A stretch of 61,634 nucleotides of DNA, filler included, from Pirum gemmata (lineage: Eukaryota), in the NCBI GenBank assembly GCA_002812295.1. It is 16 parts of 16 records of this genome, joined end to end, with 100 filler letters (N's around TTAATTAATTAA, not from the genome) between each part and the next. Parts side by side here need not be neighbours in the genome. Positions count along the whole stretch, not along the records: positions 1 to 5,905 come from PDIN01002316.1; positions 6,006 to 9,590 come from PDIN01002318.1; positions 9,691 to 13,258 come from PDIN01002319.1; 13 more parts are not named here. One strand, given 5' to 3'. The position numbers and the translations under genes are program-made. Below, in pieces: positions 1 to 12,860 of the stretch. The notes under the pieces were generated by a model that was not told the DNA's origin, made no database searches, and was given only the letters and a program-made list of their open reading frames with translations. Numbering within the stretch: position 1 is the stretch's first letter; every line of letters starts with the position of its first letter.

Positions 1-2
1 AT

Positions 3-113
3 AATAATAATAATAATAATAACGATAGTGATAGTAATATAAAAGCTAGACGCAACATCAAAACCAATTACCAAGAGAGATATAACAACTTTTTGGCTAA
101 CAGAAATAGTAGA

Positions 114-155
<42 letters not shown>

Positions 156-470
156 TCTAACTCTTACAACAGAAATAACAATATACAGAAAAACAATCGT
201 AATAACTTCCAAGAACAACTCTCAAAACAAGAACCATCACCACCACCATCACCACCACCACCACCACCACCATTAAATTGGAGCCAATTTAAAACTGTTA
301 AAGTCCGTTATCAATTTCAGAATAATAAAATTGGTGAAATTGAGTTGGAAGTTGCGGATGTCATATATGTAATTAAGAATGATAGCCAAGGTTGGTGGGT
401 TGGTAGAAACCAAAGAACAGGAAAAGTTGGTAAATTTCCCTCCAATTTTTGCACTAGTTTACCTAATTGA
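3..470 (+). CDS. 3' end of SH3-domain protein (poly-Asn, poly-Pro, C-terminal SH3); 5'-partial
   Basis: Frame is open from base 3 to TGA at 468-470. The C-terminus VKVRYQFQ...ELEL..ADVIYVIKNDSQGWWVGRNQRTGKVGKFPSNF matches the SH3 consensus (AxYxF, WW, GxFPxNY/F) and follows a PPPSPPPPPPP tract. Confidence 0.85.
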
Positions 471-1356
471 TGTAAAAAAAAAAATCTAGTTAATGTAAAA
501 ATAATATCTTAATAAATAATAAATAATAAATAATAAATAATAAATAATAGATTATGAATAATATATAATAAAAATATCTTGATCGATCTAACTGACTCGA
601 CTCGAGTTAGTTGTTACGAGCTTTTTTTAGGTGAGACGAGTGAAACCAAAAACAAAAAGGAGTGAGATTTTTGACGTTTACCACCAACTAGTGTGCATCG
701 ATTAGGCCTAGGGTTAGGCTAGAAAAAAGCGACAACCAACAACTAATAACAACAGCAGCAACAACAGCAAATTATATAAAATAATAATAATAAAAGAGTA
801 CACTAACTATAACTTACTTTACCGAGTTATTCACCGCTTCGGTCACTCGTTCGAAAAAAATCGAACTTTACTCCTTCAGTTTTTTTCGGTGCCGTCTACT
901 CTGTTATTAAAAAACTAGATCCAAATTACCTTGCTGTTGTTGTTGTTGTTCTGCTTGTACTTGTAGTTATTATTGCTGTTGTCACTGTAAATAATCTTTA
1001 CTAAACCATTTTCTTTTCATAGATGGGTACTTATCTATATTCCAAACCCCCACATGCTAAATGGGATTCCCTTTCTACTAACTTTTCATCCAAGCTAATC
1101 ATATTAAAGCTATTATTAATATTATATTACTTATCGATGTTTATAGTGAATAATAAAGACACCTAATAGAAAGTAGAAAGGGAATAGAAAAGTAAAGAAA
1201 TAAAATAATAATACAATAAAATAAAAACAAAAGATATTTATATATTATTAAGTCTAGTTTACAATATTTATTATAAATAATACCTCGAGGTGATAGTCTG
1301 TGATACTATAAAATTAAAAAAAAAGTGAAAAAAAAAAATGAAAAAAAAAAGACGCG

Positions 1357-1455
<99 letters not shown>

Positions 1456-2275
1456 GAAAAAATGTCTTCTCATTAGTTTTTTAAACAGTGCAATAACTCT
1501 GAAAAAAAAAATAACCATGATTATAATTCAAAAATGGTCTCGGTAAAAAATGTGAGAGGGTAAATATTTTATTAATTAAAAAATTGAGTAGATGGATATT
1601 GAACTCGGTTTCTTCATTGTGGTTAATTGGTAATAAGTCAAGAACTGCGGTTAGTGCATTTTTACTAATTAACTTTTTTTCACTGACCGAGGTTTTTAGT
1701 TGATTGATTTTTGGTCAGTTTCGAACATTACACTTTTTATTAGAAAATTGAGAGGGCCTTGTGATAAAAAGTGGGTTTTTTTGCGAAAGAGTGACACTAA
1801 CTGCGAACACCCATCTGCGAACACCCATCTGCGAACCCTAACCCTAACCCTAACCCTAACCCTAACCCTAACCCTAACCCTAACCNNNNNNNNNNNNNNN
1901 NNNNNNNNNNNNNNNNNNTAATAGTAATAATAGTAATAATATTATTATTAATTATTTATTAATTATTATTTATTATTTATTATTATTTATTATTTACTAT
2001 TTATTATTTATTACTATATTGTAATAATAATCATTGTTATTATATATTAACATAAAATAATACTAATAATAATACTAATAGATATACGATACGATTATTA
2101 AACACTATTAATAAACTTAAGTCGTCAATACATTATATATAATCACAAAAAAATTATAATAATGAGAAAAATCGTAAGACAAGAAAAACTACGTAAAAAG
2201 AACGTACCATGATTATTACTCTAAAATTTGAAAAGAAAGTTTTGAATTTTCGATGGCTTGTGGCAGTACTTATAC

Positions 2276-2308
<33 letters not shown>

Positions 2309-2771
2309 NNNNNNNNNNTTAGGGTTAGGGTTAGGGTTAGGGTTAGGGTTAGGGTTAGGGTTAGGGTTAGGGTTAGGGTTAGGGTTAGGGTTAGGGTTAG
2401 GGTTAGCCGATATTAATTTTACCTATAGACATACTTTACCTATGCCTCTTTGTCCAAACTCCAAAACACTTTTGGTCATAATTTTAAAAAGTTCATTTTA
2501 ATAATTTATTACTGCCTAAAACTAGTCCTAAGCTGCCTAAAACAGTTTAAATCACACTTTCGAGCAATGACTTCAATCCAAGAATAAGTGACGTCTTCTA
2601 TGAATGTTCTCTTTAAAAAAGCGGAACTTATGACGTCATATAAAATATGAATAAAATTCGGTTTTTTGAAAAATTACAAAGACCCCAGCAAGAATTTGAA
2701 AATAATTACCATAAATAATAAATAATAAATAATAAATAATAAATAATAAATAATCAGCCCTACCAATCCTC

Positions 2772-3300
2772 ATGATGAGTAAAACTATTCAAAAGAAATT
2801 TGAAACTTTGCAAAACGACCTCAACAGACTAGCTACCAACAATTCGAGAACTAACAAAGTGAATATCAAAACCCTGTATGCATTGACGAACACCACCAGC
2901 ATAATTGAACGCTCAAGACACTTGATTGCAAACTATCTTACCCAAGCAAACCATAACAATCACACAGCGATACAAAACACAATCAACACTTACAAACCAA
3001 AAGCAAAAAGATTTGAAGGCCAGGTCTACAAGAACAAACATAAACCATCAACTACAATCCTAGGGCAATTACGAAATGATCAGACCCTCTCATGCTATGA
3101 ATTACTACTGTAACCCAAACCAACAGGAAACCCACGTCACCACCGACTCACTTCACAACCGACTATCACTTAGTCTTTTTTTTTTTCTTTTTTTCTTCTT
3201 TTTTACTTTTACTTTTCTTTTTCTTTTTTTCTAAGTCTCTTGGGGCAGTCTTGGGGCTTGCAATAACAAAATAACTAACCAAAAACAAAACAACAAAACT
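2772..3300 (+). mobile_element. 3' end relic of a non-LTR retrotransposon (ORF2 C-terminus, 3' UTR, A-rich tail)
   Basis: ORF 2772-3113 (KKFETLQNDLNRLAT...IKTLYALTNTTSIIERSRHLIANY) resembles the post-RT region of jockey/I-like ORF2. Sense strand is A/C-rich and ends in an A-rich tail near 3260-3298. Confidence 0.55.
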
Positions 3301-4311
3301 TTGAAAGTAGTACTGACACACAAGGGTGTAAAATAGTCTTTTACTATGTAGACACCTGTCTCAGAAAATTTATAAAAAAAAAAAAATAAAAAAAAAAAAA
3401 TAATATAATGAAGTATGATATCACCCGATATGAGTACATAAATTGTACATACCGGTAATATACCGTATATATATTCCCATATATAGTTTATTAATATAAT
3501 ATATTCCCATATATAGTAGTTTAATATAATTTTTTTGGTAACTTAGTTTCAAAATGATATCTTGATAATGATATCCAATACTTATCCAATCTTGTTTTTC
3601 TGCCAGCTCGAATTTTACTCGAAAGGTTATTATTTCGATTAGAATATTATTTAGCAACTATTATTATTGGTAATTTAGTATCCACATTGTATAGTATTAA
3701 TTTCATTGCACATGTATTATTGTATTGTATTATATTATATTATGATATATTATATTTATTGTATTGTATTTTACTTAATTGTATTGTATTCTATTGTATT
3801 GTATTAATATTGCACAGTACAATCTTGTATTATATCAGTGTATTACACAGTATAAATACAAATAATAACATAATAACAATAATAATTTATAACAGACCGA
3901 CAATAAAATACATAATGCTAATAATACTAATAAATAATAAATGATACTAATACTAATACTAATAATATTGTACTTTATTGTATTGTAATGAATGTAATGT
4001 AATGTATTGTATTGTATTGTATTGTATTGTATTAATATTGTACAGTGCAATCTTGTATTATATCAGTTTATTATACTGTGTTAATACAAATAATAATAAC
4101 AATAATTTATAACACACTAATACTAATACTAATATCGATAATAACAATAATAATAATAAAAATAAAATAAGAAAAATAATTAAAATTGATATGATATTAT
4201 GAAAAAGTAGCAAATAATAATAATAATACATCTTATTTTTATTGTTTATTTATCTTTTATATATAAAAATTGGGTGAAAATATAAAAAACGCACAAATAC
4301 AATAAAAACAA

Positions 4312-5275
4312 TTATTCCTCAGCAGCAGCTTCAGCTTTGGCAGCAGCTTTAGCAGCAAATTCAGCATCGAAAGTGGAAGTATTAAAGTGTTTTCTACTAA
4401 TAGCTCTGATTTCTTTACTAGCTTTTGGCTTTTTGATCTTACCTTTAGCTTGTTGCAAAGCAGCATTACGTTTGTGGATCTTAGCATAAGGATTAAGACG
4501 AAGCATGACACCGATATTTTTAAGAGGATTTTTCTTTTGTGCAGCACGTCTACTGGCAGGTTTAGCAGCATTACAAACAGATTGAATTTCGTCAGAGTTA
4601 ATAAGACGAGCTACATCAGCATTAGCCATAATAGGTTTAGGTAAATTAAAACCAGACTTCATCAACGAAGTTTTACTAAAAGTACCAAAGATTTGGTCTA
4701 ACATTTTAAACGCAGCATCGGTCCAGATAACAAAGCGACCAAGATGACCCCCAGGTGCTAATTGAAGTAAATTCATTCTAGTCACGTTGCATAATTCAAC
4801 GCCAGTAACGTTTCTAAAAGCTTGTGTTATACCATCATCATTGGCATAAATAACAAGTGGTCCTCTACGTTGACGGAAACGTCTATTTCTTAATTTACCT
4901 TTACCAGATCGAAGTCTTTTAGAAGCAGCAACTCTTTCAACATCAGCGTAAGCACCGATAGCTTTCAAGCACTTAACCGCATCAGCAGTAGTTTTACAAG
5001 ATTCAATACCGCTAACAACAAGAGGAACTTCACTTATACCACAGATATTATGACCACGAGCAGAAACTAAAGATGGGATAGCAGAAGCAGCTAAAGCAGA
5101 AGCAGTAGCATAACGTCTTTGGTTTGTGTTGATTTTTCTATGCCATTTTCTCCATGTTTTAGTTGGGGCAAACATACGACCACCACGACACATGTTACCA
5201 AATGCGGCTTGACCAGCACGGTGAGTACCTCCTCCTGGAACACGAGGAATACGAGCTACAGCACGACCAGTACCC
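4312..5275 (-). CDS. RPL4: 60S ribosomal protein L4 (uL4), last exon; 5' exon(s) not identified in this scaffold
   Basis: The frame extends upstream of the listed ORF to an AG acceptor at 5277-5276 and reads (W)[47 protein letters not shown]...[17 protein letters not shown], the hallmark eukaryotic uL4 sequence. Confidence 0.97.
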
Positions 5276-5949
5276 CTATAATATAAAAAATAATAAACAA
5301 AATATTTATAAATATATTAGTTACAACTGACAAAAAAAAAATTAATACTTATTAATAAGAACAATTAATATTTATAAAAAACCCATAATATAATAAGTAT
5401 TATCATATGTATAGTAATATTATCAGTTCAAAAAATAGGCATAACACATAACTGTTACTGTAACCAATCAAACAATTTACTAACATATGACAAATACTTG
5501 CATTTCAAATACTATAATATTAACTGTTCGCCAAAAATTTATTTACGCGTGGCATACATTAAAGATTGATTTGTTGGTTTCGTGATAATTATACCAACAC
5601 TATTATTACGGTTATCAAAAATACTAAAACTAAAACAACAATAATGACAATAATGACAATACCTAATGAAGCAACAACAATAATAACAACAATAACAATA
5701 CAACAATACAATAACAATAATAATACCAATAATAAGAATAATAATAATAATAATACCAATAATAATAATACCAATACCAATACCAATAACACCAATAACA
5801 CCAATAATAATAATAATACCAATAATAATAATAATACCAATAATAATACCAATAATAATACCAATAATAATAATAATAATACCAATAATAATAATAATAA
5901 TAATANNNNNNNNNNNNNNNNNNNNNNNNNNNNNNNNNNNNNNNNNNNN

Positions 5950-5961
5950 TTAATTAATTAA
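5950..5961. other. Artificial scaffold-joining linker TTAATTAATTAA within N runs (first of 15)
   Basis: The same 12-mer (stops in all six frames) flanked by N runs recurs at 9635, 13303, 16873, 20513, 25353, 29015, 32698, 36381, 40024, 43421, 47102, 50732, 54387 and 58000. Confidence 0.98.
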
Positions 5962-7235
5962 NNNNNNNNNNNNNNNNNNNNNNNNNNNNNNNNNNNNNNN
6001 NNNNNAAAAAAAAAAAAAAAAAAGTAATCCCATATTACCACATAAATATATATATATTATAAAATTTAATAATATCGATAAAATAAACTTTTCATCAATC
6101 ATGCATATGAAAGTTGAATTTATTACAAATGTCATTATGTATGTTTGTGTATATCACAACACTAATTAACTACTACATATTCTCTAGACAAAAGTCATGT
6201 ACATCCTCTCCCTAACCCCCATACTTTATTAAACCCTAGCTAGCCCTAACCTTAAAACCCAACAATATATATATATAAGCACTTTATGATATATAGGTGC
6301 AATTGCTATACAAACGCTATTTACGGTTATTATTTACACGCACTGCGGCACATATAATTTTTGCGTTTACTATTTAATTTATTATAATATATATAATAAC
6401 AATTGAAATGTTGTTATATTGATTATATGCAATATAAATATATGGGTCTAGAATTCATATAATGTTACAATAATATTAATTTATAAGTTATTGTTTATTA
6501 TATATTAATTATACATATATATAATTATTATAGCTAAGTTTATTAATATAACATATTAATAAATAATTATACTTATATTTTAATATAGATGTATGGTATT
6601 ATTATAGTATTGATTTACAGAAAAAATTCGGTAATATATATTATATATATTAATAATATTATAATAGATAATATTATATCATGGTCATCATTAATAATTT
6701 ATAATTATAATAATATATTTACATAAATTATAGTTATGGATAATATCGTAATTTTCATTTCTATTTCATTTCCAATTTATCTTTTTTATAGTAGAAAGTT
6801 ATAAAGAAAGAATAAAAACCATAGCTAGAGGGAATATCATTAATGACGTCATCATAAAACACTACAGGCCCTTGTAGGTCCTTTACCATCTGATCCTATC
6901 AGATGAAAATTCTAAGCTTTCATATTATAATCTGCTTCTTTAAAATGGCAATCTAGCACCCATCGATTTATTTATAAATAAATTTATTTATAAAAAAATA
7001 AATGCATCACGAGATTGATTCCACTGATTTATATAAGTGAGAACAAGGTGCATATAACAATAACATCACTTAATATCATTAAATTGAAGTTAATTAAGTA
7101 TAATTTGAATTAAATTTTGTTATTATTTTTTAAAATCTATAACTTCCTATATATCTATATCTATATTATCTATATCTATATTTTAACAATTTAAAATTAA
7201 ACCTTAGCCCTATTAATTAAACCCTATCATTTATA

Positions 7236-7416
7236 GTACTTTTCAGTTGTTTTGTCATTATAAAGTATACAATAAATAGTACCAAATTTATAAAATATAA
7301 ACCCATTTAATTCAATTTGGTATATTTTATTATCTATTTATTGATTTAAAAATGACAATTTAAAGATTATAACCCTCCAGATAAATATTCAGAGTGACAA
7401 AATAAATGAAAATCAC
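7236..7416 (+). mobile_element. MITE family A (~180 bp, TIR GTGCTTTTCA/GTGATTTTCA), representative copy
   Basis: Ends GT(G/A)CTTTTCAGTTGTTTTGTCA ... TGACAAAATAAATGAAAA(G/T)CAC. Further full or partial copies on both strands at about 7491-7671, 20569-20695, 26364-26541, 41114-41294, 41336-41450, 44332-44512, 44622-44802, 45054-45233, 45509-45688, 45933-46114, 47526-47686, 50964-51072, 54711-54793, 59564-59716, 60590-60723, 61147-61328 and 61416-61537. Confidence 0.9.
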
Positions 7417-7785
7417 GATAGAACAGTGTTCACGAAGAACTGTTCGCGAATACTGAATATCATGGCTTACAAAACCTTTTGCAAGGGGTAGTGCTTTTCA
7501 GTTGTTTTGTCATCATAAAATATACAATAAAGAATACCAAATTAACATAATATAAATCCATTTAATTTAATTTGGTATAATTTATTATCTACATATTGAT
7601 TTAAAAATGCCAATTTAAAGATTATAACCCTCCAAATAAATATTCAGAGTGACAAAATAAATGGAAAGCATGATCTTAATATCATTTAAACAAAACGTGT
7701 TGTTTTCTTCTTTTGATGAAATTTGATCTTGAAAGTTGACTTGATATTCGTAGACCAATAAACAAACACCGACAGACCTGAAAAA

Positions 7786-7960
7786 AACACATAAACACAT
7801 AAACACATAAACACATAAAAACATGAACACATAAACACATAACACATAAACACATAACACATAAATACATAAATACATAAACACAAACATATAAACACAT
7901 AAACACATAAACACATAAACACATAAACACATAAACACATAAACACATAAACACATAAAA
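7786..7960. repeat. (ACATAAAC)n 8-mer tandem repeat
   Basis: Directly visible array; it explains the spurious MCLCVYVF ORFs. Confidence 0.9.
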
Positions 7961-8038
7961 ACACTGAAAATGACGCAATTTTTAAGAAGTGATGTAATAT
8001 AAATTTAAGTGACGGCATTTATTATAAATAAAATTAAA

Positions 8039-8235
8039 TAAATCTAATATAAAGAATTTGTATCAATGTAATTGCAATTGCAATATTACGGAAATGAGAT
8101 CTACGATCCATAGCTAAATAATAGATAGACTTGGCTACTTTAAATCTAATATAAAGAATGTGTATCAATGCAATTGCAATTGTTTCAATAACTACGCGGA
8201 AATGAGATCTACGATCTATAGCTATAGATAGACTT
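8039..8235. repeat. ~100 bp tandem duplication
   Basis: TAAATCTAATATAAAGAAT..GTATCAATG..ATTGCAATTG...CGGAAATGAGATCTACGATC.ATAGCTA occurs twice, starting near 8039 and 8141. Confidence 0.8.
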
Positions 8236-8776
8236 CAATACTACTTCAATGCTACTTCAATACAGCGCTACAAAAATCTAAATCACTCTCAAAATCATTA
8301 TTATAATAATTTATTAATAATAAAAATATCACAACAGAATACAAGTTTTATACAACAGCACCCACTTTAATGGTACAGCCTCACGTAACTTTATTTATAT
8401 ATATAATAATAGCCTTAGTAATTTATCAGAAAACAGTTAAAATTAAATTTTTCTTTTTCTGAAAATTGCCTGTGAAAAATGCTAAAACCACTCTGAAAAC
8501 TCTGAAAACCTAGCCCAAAAAACGTATAAATACTAGATGATATATCAGTAAAAAAAGAAAAATAACATTATTATTATTAATATTGAATATTATCATTAAT
8601 TTATAATATCAAAAGTAGATATATTTATATAAAATATAATATTAATACAAAATTTTAATAACGATTAAAATATCATAACAGCAATAAACAGTAACAATAA
8701 ACTAACAATAACACTGAAATATTTGTAAACACAATTAAAAATACTATCAAACAAGCATTGAAATAAATAGAAAAGC

Positions 8777-9277
8777 ATGTTTAACGTTAAAGTTTTAATG
8801 CTTATTTTCACTAATTTATGGGGATTTGCATTCACTGGAATAAATGGTTGTACTTGTGACGTAGATTGCCCTACTACTATAGTCATCCAATCAGGGGATA
8901 CGTGTGGAGTTTTGTTCCAAGATAATCCAACATACTCTCGAATCGATAACTGCATTAATGCTTCAACTGGTGATGCTTATCCTGATGATGGCTGTATTAC
9001 TGGTGCACAAGGAGGTTGGGAAACATGGGATTTACACGCAGAAGCTAACTGTGATTTAACTTACAACTGCTCAAATGTTAATCAAAATATAATTGTTATT
9101 GAATCTGGCGATACTTGTAATAACTTATTTCAGGACAACCCTGACTATGATGAAATCGATAACTGTTATTATAATAACGTACCCTTACCTGATGATGGCT
9201 GTATTAAGGGTTCTGATGGTGAATGGGAATACTATGATTTAACTGCTGGTGCAACCTGTGATTTACATTTTAATTAA
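8777..9277 (+). CDS. Small secreted Cys-rich acidic protein with two tandem LysM-like repeats
   Basis: Intronless 166-aa ORF with a hydrophobic N-terminus. Two ~65-aa repeats each contain IVI(Q/E)SGDTC..LFQDNP.Y..IDNC...PDDGCI.G..G.WE..DL.A.A.CDL; the VxSGDTC start resembles eukaryotic LysM. Confidence 0.75.
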   Translation: MFNVKVLMLIFTNLWGFAFTGINGCTCDVDCPTTIVIQSGDTCGVLFQDNPTYSRIDNCINASTGDAYPDDGCITGAQGGWETWDLHAEANCDLTYNCSNVNQNIIVIESGDTCNNLFQDNPDYDEIDNCYYNNVPLPDDGCIKGSDGEWEYYDLTAGATCDLHFN

Positions 9278-9727
9278 TTATAAATAAATGTTTTCTTGAA
9301 ACCTGTTTTGATAATAGAAATTATAGAAAAAGGCTTGGAAAAGGACTTTATTTTTTAAAATTTTAGGATCATTTTTGTTGCTTTTTTTATAACTAATTTT
9401 TATTATTGAATTTTGATAGCTACTCCAGCTAGCTAGTCAAAAGGAAAAAGACTGGAAAAAGGGAAAAAGGCAGTTTTTATATAATATTATTTTAATAATT
9501 ATTATTATTATTATTATTATTACAAGGACTTCAAAAAAAAAAAATAATATTGAAGTCACTTCTTGATATAAAATAATATCATAAAAATTANNNNNNNNNN
9601 NNNNNNNNNNNNNNNNNNNNNNNNNNNNNNNNNNTTAATTAATTAANNNNNNNNNNNNNNNNNNNNNNNNNNNNNNNNNNNNNNNNNNNNTTATTATTAT
9701 TATTAATTAGGGTTAGGTTATTATTAC

Positions 9728-9758
<31 letters not shown>

Positions 9759-10554
9759 GTTACATATTATACATATACAATACTTTTGAAAGTGCCAGTA
9801 TTCACTCCTTTTGTCACTTTTATTGGATTAATTGTCTATCCTATAAATCACTCGGTCCACTCCTGAACACTCTCGCCTACCAGAGTTTTTAGACTGATGA
9901 TGGTGGTGGTCATACCTACTTTTGGCTTTTCTGTATTCTAATTAATTATAATTATTCTTTACGTGGTCGTGAATTATTATATAATTATATCATATATATT
10001 ATAATATACATAGTCTAGCAACTATTTAATTAGCAAGGGATCCAGCATGGTGTACTACCAAGTACTAAAAAATGTACTATTAATTTTTATTAGTATTTTT
10101 TGTCATTATAGCATTAGTATTTTTTATTAAGTTTAGTATTATTACTATTGGTATTAGTTTTAGTATTAAAATAAATGTTTATTTGAATTTTTTTTTATGA
10201 ATTTGGCTGAGTTTTGCGAGTTTAAAAAGCACAGGCAGTCGCGAGCTCCGTAGCCTGTGCATAAATGCAGCATAACAATAATAAAAAATTAATAAATAAA
10301 AAGATATAAAAAGGGTAGCTGAAATTTCTCAAAAACAAAAAAAAAAACAAAAAGCAATAAAAAAACAACAACAAACAACAAACAAAACTAAAACCAAAAC
10401 CAGCCAAAACCAAAACAAAAAACAAACACAAAATATTAACAATCACAAATTATATTGTATATAATTATATTTCTAAAACATTCCTTTTTTCAAAAATACA
10501 CACATACCACCACCACCACCACAACCACAACAACAAAAAAATAAAATAAAAAAG

Positions 10555-12474
10555 ATGCGGTTTCAATACCAAACAAGCTTACGTACTGTTGCGGCATTAG
10601 CATTAATGTCTTTGTCAGCCAATACATTATCAGTTCCAGATAATAATAATAAAGGGAGCAAAAACATAATGGTCTTGGGTGGAGGTATTAGTGGATTGAC
10701 TACTGCGTTAGAATTAGCAGACGCGGGTTTTAATGTAACTTTAGTTGAAAAGGATGACATGTTGGGAGGAAGAATTAGTAGTTACATTGACAAAGACGGT
10801 TATCCTGTTTCGCATACGGCCAGAATTATGACACATGAGTATATTGCAGTCAAAAATGTAATGGAAAGGGTAGATAAAGATTTCACTGCCAATCTTGTTC
10901 CTGTGACTAAAGTAGAGTTGACCAATTTAGCTTCAAAGGATAATGCAATATACGAAGCATTCACGGGTAATCCTGTCAATGATTTCCCTAGTGTAATAAA
11001 GTCTCTTCAAGATTTTGAAGGCTGTAAAGGCATGGACGCTATAGCTGAATTGGATTTTTTCTTTTTTCAATTGGGCGCATACCATAAACTATCGAATGCA
11101 GAAATTAATCAATTGATGAACGTGTCTTTTGATGATTGGATAAAAGATGCATGGTTTGAGGCCTATCAGTATACTACTACGAAGACAGGTGCATGTGCTG
11201 CAATAACAACAGGCATGCCTTGTCAACCCTTTAACAAAGGAAAACATAGTGTTGGTTTTCAAAGTTACATAAAAGCTTTATTAGGAATCATTGTGGCCGC
11301 TAACCCTAATGGCAGTGTCCCAACAGTAATAAATCTATTAAGAATTATTCCAGTCTTTGCTGGTATCGTACCGAAGATGGATGCAAAATGCTTACCTTAT
11401 ATTAATTTAGAATGGGTAAAGAAAGCTCGTTTTTTCCAAACTAATGGTCCGGAATCATACGAAATGATTGATCCTTTTGAAAAACATTTAAAAGCCAAAG
11501 GTGTTACTATACTGAAAAATGCCAGGGTAAATAGTTTGACCCAAAACAATGGAAGGATCCAAAATGCTAAAGTTCAAATAGAAGCTGGTAAAGAAATAAC
11601 TATGGAAGCTGATGATTACGTGTTAGCTATACCTGTAAAACAAGCCAGTAGCCTTGTTCCTGGTATTACTCAGAAAAGAGAAGAAAGTATTGGTTTAAGT
11701 ACTGGATTTTCTTTTTACTTACCTAAAATCCCAACCGCTTGGGCTAACTTTAGTAAAGCTGGTCAATCTATTCTCTATATTACGGTGGATAGTCCTTGGG
11801 AGTGTTTGTACTTTTTGCAAAAACCAGGGGATGGTGTTTGGAGTGATATTGAAAAAAACCAACTGGCCGAAGGTATTGAAGCTGTATTAAGTGTTGTTTG
11901 TTCCGAAAGTGATGCCAACGGTACCTTCGTGAACAAAACCATGGTTTCTGGCACCAAGGAACAAGTGTTAACCGAAGTATTGCAGGAGCTTAAATATCCT
12001 AACCCTGAAGAAATTCCATTATTAGTGCAATCTGCAAGACTAGGATTAAAAGTAAGCTATCATAATCATGCGTCACCAGAGTTAAGAAATGCTTTACAAC
12101 AAGATTCTGGATTTGTGTCTGAACCTAATGATCAAGGTGGGGTTTGGTCTTACGAAGCCCCTTTGTTTTATCCTTCACCCACTAGAGAAGCTTTGTCTAC
12201 CATTCCAAGCAACTTTAACAACTTGTTTTTGGCTGGCGAGTATATTTCTTCACCCTTTTTCAATATGCCCACCATCGAGTTGGCCACGGAAACGGGTAAA
12301 TTAGCTGCACAAGCCATTATCGAAAAGCATGGTATACACAGGGAAGATGGTTCCCTTTATAAAGTGGAAGTAGTAGATACACTTTTAGCTTTGGTTAACG
12401 CTAATAATGTTACTGAATATGCAGAAATGGTTAGAGATGGTAAATATACTGGTCTATGTAATAATATTAATTAA
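10555..12474 (+). CDS. FAD-dependent oxidoreductase (amine oxidase/phytoene desaturase-like superfamily) with predicted signal peptide
   Basis: Intronless 639-aa ORF. Rossmann motif VLGGGISGLTTALELADAGFNVTLVEKDDMLGGR, C-terminal NLFLAGEY...TIELATETGKLAAQAI, and N-terminal hydrophobic stretch VAALALMSLSA. Confidence 0.9.
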   Translation: MRFQYQTSLRTVAALALMSLSANTLSVPDNNNKGSKNIMVLGGGISGLTTALELADAGFNVTLVEKDDMLGGRISSYIDKDGYPVSHTARIMTHEYIAVKNVMERVDKDFTANLVPVTKVELTNLASKDNAIYEAFTGNPVNDFPSVIKSLQDFEGCKGMDAIAELDFFFFQLGAYHKLSNAEINQLMNVSFDDWIKDAWFEAYQYTTTKTGACAAITTGMPCQPFNKGKHSVGFQSYIKALLGIIVAANPNGSVPTVINLLRIIPVFAGIVPKMDAKCLPYINLEWVKKARFFQTNGPESYEMIDPFEKHLKAKGVTILKNARVNSLTQNNGRIQNAKVQIEAGKEITMEADDYVLAIPVKQASSLVPGITQKREESIGLSTGFSFYLPKIPTAWANFSKAGQSILYITVDSPWECLYFLQKPGDGVWSDIEKNQLAEGIEAVLSVVCSESDANGTFVNKTMVSGTKEQVLTEVLQELKYPNPEEIPLLVQSARLGLKVSYHNHASPELRNALQQDSGFVSEPNDQGGVWSYEAPLFYPSPTREALSTIPSNFNNLFLAGEYISSPFFNMPTIELATETGKLAAQAIIEKHGIHREDGSLYKVEVVDTLLALVNANNVTEYAEMVRDGKYTGLCNNIN

Positions 12475-12504
12475 AATTAAATTATTCAATTAATTGAATT
12501 AATC

Positions 12505-12860
12505 ATAATTATAATTTAATTTAACCAACAGCCAATTTTAATTTTTTAATAAAAATAGCAATAATAAATTTAAAATTGAAACAATAATCACTATTACCAT
12601 AAAATTATATAGGATCTCTATGAAATTTTTAATGATAATGGTAATTGGAATAATAGTAATATTAATTAATAATAATAATTATTCTATTAATTAAATTAAT
12701 TATAATTATAATTTAACCACCAGTCAATTTTAATTGTTTTTAAAAAAATAAAAATAGCAATAATAAGTTTAAAATTGAAACAATAAAAATATACAGGATC
12801 TCTATGAAATTTTTAATGATAATGGTAATTAGAATAATAGTAATATTAATAATAATAATA
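12505..12860. repeat. ~180-190 bp tandem duplication downstream of the oxidoreductase stop
   Basis: ATTTAACCA.CAG.CAATTTTAAT...AGGATCTCTATGAAATTTTTAATGATAATGGTAATT.GAATAATAGTAATATTAAT is present twice. Confidence 0.8.

Noticed and set aside
1835..2405. True chromosome ends
   Set aside because: The arrays abut N gaps inside a scaffold and their orientation does not fit a simple terminus; cannot be supported.
1306..2501. Poly-K/F, LT and LG ORFs, and similar ORFs at 5566, 7615, 16255, 21282, 27644, 28129, 41626 and 51749
   Set aside because: These are translations of homopolymers, telomere-type repeats and microsatellites.
4257..4644. ORFs overlapping RPL4, and the shadow ORFs inside the oxidoreductase, TPR-SET and Tudor genes
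   Set aside because: These are alternative-frame or antisense shadows of real genes.
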